IMG/VR virus record: IMGVR_UViG_3300005921_000003 | Coordinates: 1 to 50,126 of that record | DNA: 50,126 bases | Source: a virus | Taxonomy: Duplodnaviria > Caudoviricetes | Strand: one strand, 5' to 3' | Shown: positions 8,304-15,325 of the stretch, piece by piece | How positions within the stretch are numbered: the first letter of the stretch is position 1 | Layout: each line of letters starts with the position of its first letter | Notes under the pieces: generated by a model | Seen by the model: the letters and a program-made list of their open reading frames with translations, nothing else | Told to the model about the DNA's origin: nothing | Databases searched by the model: none | Translations under genes and position numbers: made by a program

Positions 8304-8773
8304 TCGCCGAACTACAAGCCGAGCCGCGTCGTCGTAAGCATCCGCCGATAGAAGTTAGATTCTGGCGATTTGTCGAGCCAATTCCGGAGGGAGACGGCTG
8401 CTGGGAATGGACCGGCGGACTCTCAAAAGGTTACGGACACATTACTCGCGGTAATCGTAAAATGGCTAAGGCGCATCGCATAAGTTGGGAGCTTCACTTT
8501 GGAGAAATCCCGGACGGGCTATGCGTTTGTCATCGCTGCGACAATCGCTCGTGCGTGAATCCGTCGCACCTCTTCCTGGGAACCTACGATGACAACAACC
8601 AGGATATGATCGCCAAGGGTAGATTTAGGCATATGCTTCGCAGCGATACCTGTGTTCACGGGCACCATTCTTACTGTATCCTTCGCGCCGGAGCGAGCGC
8701 GGGTCGTCAGGTTTGCGCCGAGTGCGGCCGTTTACGGTGCGCTGCGCTTAGAGCGCGGAAGGCCGCGTTATGA
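8300..8773 (+). CDS. HNH endonuclease
   Basis: [32 protein letters not shown]-x-x-D. Confidence 0.9.
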   Translation: MIAELQAEPRRRKHPPIEVRFWRFVEPIPEGDGCWEWTGGLSKGYGHITRGNRKMAKAHRISWELHFGEIPDGLCVCHRCDNRSCVNPSHLFLGTYDDNNQDMIAKGRFRHMLRSDTCVHGHHSYCILRAGASAGRQVCAECGRLRCAALRARKAAL

Positions 8774-8973
8774 TTTGGGAAGAGCAACAAGCTCGTAAGC
8801 GCAACGAGCGCGAGCCACGCGATTGGGCGACCTACCGCGACGCTTTGATCGAAAGCGGGATGGTTGAGGAGGCGCACTACCGACGGCATATCGAGGACGG
8901 CCAAAACTTTTGCTCCCAACCGTTCATCGAGGCCGCCGCGCTCGCGCGAAAAGATCGAGCCCACCCTCGTTGA
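8770..8973 (+). CDS. Hypothetical protein
   Basis: ATGA-coupled to the HNH gene. Confidence 0.5.
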   Translation: MIWEEQQARKRNEREPRDWATYRDALIESGMVEEAHYRRHIEDGQNFCSQPFIEAAALARKDRAHPR

Positions 8974-9040
8974 CGCTCTATTCCTTGAAAAGCATGGCCG
9001 CACCCTCGATGCCGAACCCTACGCGGAGGACGCCTAAGGC

Positions 9041-9069
9041 TTGCGTGCGGGGCAGCGGTAGGGTAGAAT
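9041..9069 (+). promoter_or_regulatory. Sigma70-type promoter of the replication operon
   Basis: TTGCGT-N17-TAGAAT. Confidence 0.6.
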
Positions 9070-9075
9070 CTAAGA

Positions 9076-9222
9076 GCGAGCGCCGCCGACGGGTAGCGCA
9101 AAGCGAGTTACTTTGGCGCCGAAGGGCGCTTTGCCGAAGGGCGTCCGACAGCGCAAGTAACCGGCGCTAGCACCTTTTCGACCGAGCCTCTCCGACGCAG
9201 TTTGGAGAGGTTTCGTCTTGTC
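9076..9222 (+). ncRNA. Structured 5' leader or small RNA upstream of the primase
   Basis: Nested pairings 9079-9085/9162-9168 and 9107-9113/9155-9161; hairpin 9186-9211 followed by a T-rich tail. Confidence 0.45.
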
Positions 9223-9237
9223 TAAAAAACCGGCTTC

Positions 9238-11091
9238 GTGACCCCGCTGCAAGCCGCTCTCGGCTATGCGAAACGCGGAATGTACGTTTTCCCCTGCTGG
9301 CCTGGCAAGAAAACCCCGATCACCGAAAAAGGGCTGCTCGAGGCTACACTCGACTCGAAGCAAATCACAACCTGGTGGAAGCGAACGCCGTATGCGAACG
9401 TAGCCATTTCATGCGGCCCGAGCGGGATCGTCGTTCTCGACGTTGACCCCCGCAACGGCGGCGACGCGAGCTTCGAGGGCCTACGCTCTGAGCTCGGATC
9501 TGCGGCCTTCGATACTAAGACCCAGACCACGCCGAGCGGCGGAACGCATTACCTTTACCGCGCTCCGTCTGAGCCGGTCGCCAACAGCTCGAGCCTTATC
9601 GCCCCAGGCATTGACGTCCGCGGGATGGGCGGATACATCCTCGTACCGCCGAGCCGGAACGGAACCGCTGGATACGTTTGGGAGGTATCGAGCCGGGATA
9701 TAACACTCGCGGACTTCCCAAAGGCGCTCCAGGACCGCCTACGGCCCAAGAAAACTAGCTTTGAAACGGCCGACGCGGTGATCGAGGGCGGCCGAAACCA
9801 TTTCCTAGCCTCGATGGCCGGCGCCCTCCGCCGTAAGGGACTCTCTGCGAGCGAGATTCACGCTGCGATCGGGATGGCGAACAAGGACCGCTGCAAGCCT
9901 CCGCTCGAGGAAAAAGAAGTCGCGGCGATTGCCAAGAGCATCGGAAGGTACGAGCCGAGCGATCCACTACGCCCGCTCACGGTTAGCACCCTCGGGCTCC
10001 TCACCTTCGACCAGCTTTGCGAACGGACAAAAGAGCAAGTGGAATGGATGATCGAGGGGCTTCTACGCCAATCGGGGCTCATGCTGCTTGCCGGCCGCCC
10101 CAAGGTCGGGAAGTCAGCCCTGGCACGCAACCTGGCCCTGTCTGTCGCCACGGGGCAGCCATTCTTAGGCCGACGCTGCATAGCCGGGAAGGTCATCTGG
10201 CTCGGGCTCGAGGAACCCGCGACCGAGCTCCGAGATAAGCTCGAGATCATGGGCGCTCAGGGCCTGCCTATCCTCTACCGGGTGGACCCGTTTGCCGGCG
10301 ATGAGCTCGAGTGGCTTCGCCTCGCCGTGGACACCGAGCGACCCGCGATGGTGATTATCGACACCATCGGCCGGTTCTCCAAGATCGAAAACATCAACGA
10401 CTACTCCCAGGTGACTCGAGCCACGCAGCCCATCCTGGACCTGCGAGATCGCTTCGGGACGACCTTCGTTCTCCTCCACCACAATAACAACTCCAACAGC
10501 CCGCTTGGCAGCACGCAATGGCAAGGCGTCCCCGACGTCATCGTTTCGCTCACCAAGAACGAGGACGACACTCGGTTCGTTAAGAGCATCGGCCAAAGGA
10601 GCGGCCTCGAACTCGAGCCAACCGCCCTCACGCTTGACCACGATACCGGCCGCATCGTTGGCGAGGAGTCTCGAGCGATCGTTGACCAGCGCACCGCGGA
10701 GCAGCGAATCCTGAGCGCCGTCGAAAACGGCGTCCAATACACCCGCGAACAACTCGCCCGGCTCGGGGCGCGCAAGCTCCGCTACGGCCGCGCTGCGGTT
10801 GATTCGCTGGCGAGCGCGGGATTTTTTAAGACCATCGGTAGTGGGTCAAGAGGGGATCCGAGATTCTACCTGCCCGCGACGCCCGAAGAATCCAATTCCT
10901 CGGTTTCTTCGGGATGGGGTCTTAAGGACGAGGAACCCGAACGTCCCGACCATCGGGCTCAAGAAAAGCCCGAGGAAAGCCCTATGAAACCCGAGCGACC
11001 CGAGGAACCCGTAGAGTCCGAAGAACCCGACCTATTGTTAGCTTACGCTGAAGAAAGGCTAGGAAGCTATGATGAGATACCTGGGGCCTGA
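9238..11091 (+). CDS. Bifunctional DNA primase/polymerase-helicase (Prim-Pol, PriCT, AAA_25-like)
   Basis: VFPC..GKK.P, VLDVDPRNGG, TPSGG.H, GIDVRG.GGY, EGGRN..L, Walker A GRPKVGKS, Walker B VIIDT, LLHH. Confidence 0.92.
   Translation: MTPLQAALGYAKRGMYVFPCWPGKKTPITEKGLLEATLDSKQITTWWKRTPYANVAISCGPSGIVVLDVDPRNGGDASFEGLRSELGSAAFDTKTQTTPSGGTHYLYRAPSEPVANSSSLIAPGIDVRGMGGYILVPPSRNGTAGYVWEVSSRDITLADFPKALQDRLRPKKTSFETADAVIEGGRNHFLASMAGALRRKGLSASEIHAAIGMANKDRCKPPLEEKEVAAIAKSIGRYEPSDPLRPLTVSTLGLLTFDQLCERTKEQVEWMIEGLLRQSGLMLLAGRPKVGKSALARNLALSVATGQPFLGRRCIAGKVIWLGLEEPATELRDKLEIMGAQGLPILYRVDPFAGDELEWLRLAVDTERPAMVIIDTIGRFSKIENINDYSQVTRATQPILDLRDRFGTTFVLLHHNNNSNSPLGSTQWQGVPDVIVSLTKNEDDTRFVKSIGQRSGLELEPTALTLDHDTGRIVGEESRAIVDQRTAEQRILSAVENGVQYTREQLARLGARKLRYGRAAVDSLASAGFFKTIGSGSRGDPRFYLPATPEESNSSVSSGWGLKDEEPERPDHRAQEKPEESPMKPERPEEPVESEEPDLLLAYAEERLGSYDEIPGA
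10883..11025. repeat. Iteron-like CCGA(A/G)GAA cluster, candidate origin
   Basis: Seven copies in both orientations within the 3' end of the primase gene. Confidence 0.45.
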
Positions 11092-11554
11092 GCCCTGTCG
11101 CCATGCTCAATTCGAGCCGCGGCTGAGAACGCTATCGAATAACACGGTTCACGTTTGGAACCAATGCTTGTCGTGCGGTGCCCCGGTTGGGAGTGCGCGA
11201 CCCAAGGCAAAGTACGATCTACCTAAACTCGAGCCGTTCAATGAGGAAGCCGTAGGCCGCCTGAAGGCCGAGGAGCGCGGATCCCCGCCTCCGTGGAACG
11301 ACGACTTCTGGCGGTGGTATACGCTCTATCTCGAGAGCCCAACCTGGGCAGAGAAGCGCGGCGCGGTGCTAGCGCGGGACCGGGAGCGATGCCAAGCGTG
11401 CCTCGTAGAGCGGGCGACCCAGGCCCACCATTTGACCTATCGGCACATTGGCCGAGAGCCGCTCTTCGAACTTACGGCGGTCTGTGAGCCGTGTCACACC
11501 CTGATAACGGCGATGGATCGCGGTCAGAACCGGGACGATACCCTCCCGTGGTGA
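11069..11554 (+). CDS. HNH-family nuclease
   Basis: YL.SP.W...R..VL.RD...CQAC...HHLTY...L..VC..CH. Confidence 0.8.
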   Translation: MMRYLGPEPCRHAQFEPRLRTLSNNTVHVWNQCLSCGAPVGSARPKAKYDLPKLEPFNEEAVGRLKAEERGSPPPWNDDFWRWYTLYLESPTWAEKRGAVLARDRERCQACLVERATQAHHLTYRHIGREPLFELTAVCEPCHTLITAMDRGQNRDDTLPW

Positions 11555-11698
11555 GCGGCCCCTACGTCATCGAACACCACCCTGAATCGCAATGGCCCTG
11601 GCACGTGTGCCACCGGGCCGGGAGGTGGCCGATTGGGCGGTTTTTGGAGGAGGCCGGGGCGCGGGTGTGGCTGGGCTACCTCGAACGGGGGGACGCAG

Positions 11699-12112
11699 AT
11701 GCCCTACGAGGGTAACGGATCCGACGGAAAGCACTACTGGCTGACGCCGCCAGACTTGATGGCAGAGCTGCAGCTGGAGTTCGACTTCGACTATGACCCC
11801 TGCCCGTATCCATTGCCGTGGAACTTCGACGGGCTGCGCGAGGAGTGGGGGCAATCGAACTATGTCAACCCGCCATTTAAGGGTCCGACGGCTTGGGTCC
11901 GCAAGGCCATCGAGGAGCACAAGAAGGGGAAGCGAGTGGTGTTTGTGTTCCCGGTGGACAAGTGGGTTCTAATGCTCCTTGCCGCGGGCGCGAAAGTCCG
12001 CAACCTTGGCGACGTAAAATGGTGCGCCACCGAGGACGGGCTCCCTGGTAAAGGCACAGGGCGCCATATCGCGATGTTCATCCTCGACAGGATTGACAGC
12101 GCGGCTCAGTAG
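11699..12112 (+). CDS. Phage DNA N6-adenine methyltransferase (short Dam-like)
   Basis: W.TPP.L...FDFDYDPC and NPPF catalytic motif. Confidence 0.8.
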   Translation: MPYEGNGSDGKHYWLTPPDLMAELQLEFDFDYDPCPYPLPWNFDGLREEWGQSNYVNPPFKGPTAWVRKAIEEHKKGKRVVFVFPVDKWVLMLLAAGAKVRNLGDVKWCATEDGLPGKGTGRHIAMFILDRIDSAAQ

Positions 12113-12121
12113 CCCTACACT
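12093..12121 (+). promoter_or_regulatory. Sigma70-type promoter (leaderless)
   Basis: TTGACA-N17-TACACT-N6-GTG. Confidence 0.7.
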
Positions 12122-12127
12122 CATACC

Positions 12128-12277
12128 GTGAACTGCGAACAATGCGGCGAGCCCATCCCGCCCGAGCGCATCCTGGCCGCGCAGACCCGCAACCGCGAGC
12201 CAAAGTATTGCTCCATCGTTTGCCGCTCCCGAGCCGCCGCTCGCAGGCAGCGCCAGAAGCGCAAGGCGGCAGAGTGA
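12128..12277 (+). CDS. 49-aa zinc-finger protein, paralog of 1237-1497 (absent from the ORF track)
   Basis: MNCEQCGEPIPPERILAAQTRNREPKYCSIVCRSRAAARRQRQKRKAAE; stop overlaps the next start (GTGA). Confidence 0.75.
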   Translation: MNCEQCGEPIPPERILAAQTRNREPKYCSIVCRSRAAARRQRQKRKAAE

Positions 12278-12705
12278 AGCCAGACTACCAGCCAAGCGTT
12301 CAGCGCGCGATAGAAGAAGCGGAGCCGCGTTACGTCGAGATTCGCCAGCCAACGGTGCCTCTAATTTCGTTGCGCCAGGCCAAGGGCCGCAAACGCGATC
12401 CGGGCATGAACAAGCTGGAGGTGGACTACTCGGCGCTACTCGATCAGGAGCTCGCCGCTGGCCGCATCCTGTGGCGTAGCGCGCATGAGCCGCTCTCGAT
12501 TCGCCTGGCGGATAACACGTTCTACAAGCCGGACTTCCTGGTGATGAACGCTGATTGCGAGTTGCAGATCCGCGAGGTTAAGGGCGGGTACTTTCCGCCC
12601 AAGAACAAGGCGAAAACCAAAATCGCCGCCGAGTTGCTGCCCATCCCCATTATCATCTGCCGCCGCGAAAAGAAAACCGAACCCTGGACCTATGAAGAAA
12701 TCTGA
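12274..12705 (+). CDS. PD-(D/E)XK nuclease, DUF1064/resolvase-like
   Basis: MNKLE..Y, YKPDFLV, EVKG. Confidence 0.75.
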   Translation: MKPDYQPSVQRAIEEAEPRYVEIRQPTVPLISLRQAKGRKRDPGMNKLEVDYSALLDQELAAGRILWRSAHEPLSIRLADNTFYKPDFLVMNADCELQIREVKGGYFPPKNKAKTKIAAELLPIPIIICRREKKTEPWTYEEI

Positions 12706-12714
12706 AAGGACTCC

Positions 12715-14058
12715 ATGAAACGATTCCTTCCCCTAGCGCTCGCCGCGCTTGCCGCCTGCTCCGGTGGTGGAAGCGGTGGCGGATCCGGCCCCCCGCCGAC
12801 AGCCCAACCTACCGGGCGACAGCACGGGCCCCTGCCGCCGATTCAGCACGTCGTTGTGATCGTCCAGGAGAACCGTTCGTTCGACAATCTATTCAATGGG
12901 TTTCCCGGTGCGAACACGCAAAGCTACGGGATGAACTCCAGCGGCCAGCAGGTGCCGCTCCAGCCCGTATCCCTCACCGCGCCTTACGACCTGTCGCACA
13001 TTCACGAAGGCTTCAAGCGTGAGTATGCCGGCGGGGCGCTCAATGGGTTCAACCTGGTCGGCGTGACCTGCAAGCGCTCGTCCTGCCCACCGCCAGGAAC
13101 CGCGGCCTACGCCTACGTTCCGCGGTCGGAGATTCAGCCGTATTGGGACCTCGCCTCGCAGTACGTTCTGGCCGACGAAATGTTTCAGAGCAACGAAGGC
13201 CCGTCGTTCCCGGCGCATCAGTATCTCGTCAGCGGGACGTCAACGATCGCCGACGGCTCGAACCTTCGCGCGGACGACAACGCCGCGGACCCGCACGGCA
13301 CCGCAGGCCAAGGCGGGTGCGACTCGATGCCAGGAACGACCACCAAGGTCATCGACGAAGCGGGGCAGCAGAAGGACGGGCCGTTTCCGTGCTACAACCG
13401 CCTCTCCATCTTCGACCTGCTGGACAACGCGGGCGTGAGTTGGAAATACTACGAGTGGCGCGTTGGGCCGGGTTCGTGGAACGGAGCCGACGCCATCAAA
13501 CAGATTTGGCAGAAGCCCGAGTACCACCAAAACGTGGTGCAGCCTCCTTCGCAGGTGTTGACCGACATCGCGAATGGTACGCTGCCTGCCGTGTCGTTCG
13601 TCACGCCGACCGCGCTTGCGTCGGACCACGCGATACACACCGACGGCTCAGGGCCCGCCTGGGTCGCGAGCGTGGTGAACGCGATTGGCGCATCGAAGTA
13701 TTGGCAGAACACGGCGGTTATCTTTACCGAAGATGACTGGGGCGGCTGGTATGACAATGTCCCGCCAAGGCAACTAAACAGTTACGAATTGGGATTCAGG
13801 GTCCCGCTTATCGTTATTTCTCCATACGCAAAGACGGGATTCGTAAGCCATACGCAGTATGAATTTGGCTCCATTCTTAAGTTTATTGAGGAAGAGTTCA
13901 ACCTTCCGTCAATGAATACTACGGATGCTAGGTCCGCGGATTTGTCAGATTGCTTCAACCCATCTCAGAAGCTACGCCACTTTCGACATATAAAATCCAA
14001 GCTAGGGCCAGCGTACTTTCTGCGGCAAAGGAACGAGGGGAGCCCGGATGATGACTAA
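12715..14058 (+). CDS. Phosphoesterase/phospholipase C family lipoprotein
   Basis: Lipobox LAAC; HVVVIVQENRSFDN, GPSFPAH, SDH, DDWGGWYDNV.P, GFRVP, SILKFIE. Confidence 0.9.
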   Translation: MKRFLPLALAALAACSGGGSGGGSGPPPTAQPTGRQHGPLPPIQHVVVIVQENRSFDNLFNGFPGANTQSYGMNSSGQQVPLQPVSLTAPYDLSHIHEGFKREYAGGALNGFNLVGVTCKRSSCPPPGTAAYAYVPRSEIQPYWDLASQYVLADEMFQSNEGPSFPAHQYLVSGTSTIADGSNLRADDNAADPHGTAGQGGCDSMPGTTTKVIDEAGQQKDGPFPCYNRLSIFDLLDNAGVSWKYYEWRVGPGSWNGADAIKQIWQKPEYHQNVVQPPSQVLTDIANGTLPAVSFVTPTALASDHAIHTDGSGPAWVASVVNAIGASKYWQNTAVIFTEDDWGGWYDNVPPRQLNSYELGFRVPLIVISPYAKTGFVSHTQYEFGSILKFIEEEFNLPSMNTTDARSADLSDCFNPSQKLRHFRHIKSKLGPAYFLRQRNEGSPDDD

Positions 14059-14142
14059 ACTCCTGATTGCCCTGCTCAACCCACTTGCGCTACTCATGCT
14101 CTTGCTCATCGCGGCGTTCCCGCGAGTGGCGTGGTGGCCGCG

Positions 14143-14334
14143 ATGAAAGACTATTGGCAAACGCTGGTTCCCGGCCCGGGAAACTACGATCCGTTTCAAC
14201 GTGGCGGCCCTTTTTGGTGCGGCCATCGGCACCCAACCCAGGAGGAAGCGATGAACTGCGGACGCTTACTAATGCGAGATTGGACTGCGGTTCCTCTAGT
14301 CATGCTGCGCCCGCTTCCAGGGGTAACACCATGA
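14143..14334 (+). CDS. Small CxHxH...C protein
   Basis: GGPFWCGHRHPTQEEAMNC. Confidence 0.55.
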   Translation: MKDYWQTLVPGPGNYDPFQRGGPFWCGHRHPTQEEAMNCGRLLMRDWTAVPLVMLRPLPGVTP

Positions 14335-14573
14335 CCCTGATCCTCGCGATCTTGCTCGCCACAGTATCGCCCATCCCGTCACCGATGCCGACCCTGCCCG
14401 TGAATTACGATGAGTTCTGCGCGAGCCGCCATAGCGGCGCGTATCAGGGCCTGGCAACGAGCCCGGCGCTCGGCGTGGTTGTGATGTGTGAGAAGGCCGA
14501 CTACAGGTTCTACCGCAGCGCCGTGCCGACGAAATGGCCGCGCATACCGGATGCAACACCGAGGCCGCGATGA
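14331..14573 (+). CDS. Small exported protein
   Basis: Hydrophobic N-terminus, SPIPSP linker, two Cys. Confidence 0.5.
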   Translation: MTLILAILLATVSPIPSPMPTLPVNYDEFCASRHSGAYQGLATSPALGVVVMCEKADYRFYRSAVPTKWPRIPDATPRPR

Positions 14574-14726
14574 GTAACGCGACAGACCTGGCTCAGCGGT
14601 TGCGCGACGAAACCGCTGGTGGCGTAAGATACGGCTACCCGAATGTCGGCATCGTTGCCGATGAGGCGGCAGACGAGCTTGAACGCTTGGCGGCGATAGA
14701 AAAACAAGAACGGGAGGACAAGCATC

Positions 14727-15017
14727 GTGTGGATTCAGAGCGTACTTGAGATAATGCGCGACGGCAAAGGCATCGGCAAGTATCGCCTTACGGCTCGCTC
14801 CGACGAAGATGGGGGCGGTCCCTACGGCGGCTGCGAACACGAACACGATACCAGGGAGGAAGCCGAAGATTGCGTCGAGGCTCGCATCGAGTGCGGTAAA
14901 ATCACCGGCTTTCCGGCTACGTGCGACGAGGTTCACGATGGAGGAACTAAGTGCGAAAACCGACTGGGCCATGACGGAGTGCACCGTGGCTCGTTCGATC
15001 AGACTGTGGAGTGGTAA
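14727..15017 (+). CDS. Small CxHxH...C protein
   Basis: GGPYGGCEHEHDTREEAEDC. Confidence 0.55.
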   Translation: MWIQSVLEIMRDGKGIGKYRLTARSDEDGGGPYGGCEHEHDTREEAEDCVEARIECGKITGFPATCDEVHDGGTKCENRLGHDGVHRGSFDQTVEW

Positions 15018-15060
15018 GCATGACCGATGCTTGGGGGTTCGTGCTTGGAGTGAACGCGCT

Positions 15061-15279
15061 GTGATTCGCGTCGTGTACGACCGCGGAGATGGCTTTATCA
15101 CTATCGTGTCTATGGGCCATGCCGACCCAAAGATTTGCGCGGCTGTTTGTAATGCACTATACGGGGCGGCCCGAGAGCTAGAAATGCTGGCGTTTAAGTT
15201 CCCGCGTGAAGTAGCGTTTGAGGCGACAGAACACGGAAAGCTTAAGCCGACTATCGTTAAAAGTGCGCTAAAACAATGA
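15061..15279 (+). CDS. prp: Minimal Prp-like (DUF464) cysteine protease
   Basis: MIRV...GHADPKICAAV...L...FP..V matches the Prp GHA/CAAV His-Cys dyad pattern. Confidence 0.6.
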   Translation: MIRVVYDRGDGFITIVSMGHADPKICAAVCNALYGAARELEMLAFKFPREVAFEATEHGKLKPTIVKSALKQ

Positions 15280-15325
15280 CCCCTGCGATTACGTTCGGGA
15301 TAGCAACAACGAGAGGAGAGAGCTG

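Noticed and set aside
8940-9038. Possible +1 frameshift extending the 8770 ORF ([17 protein letters not shown]...EDA*)
   Set aside because: No recognised shift signal; cannot be told apart from chance or a sequencing indel
10837-10848. GGTAGTGGGTCA, a 12-bp match to the IS end inside the primase gene
   Set aside because: In-frame Gly-Ser-Gly-Ser codons, no partner end or TSD; probably chance
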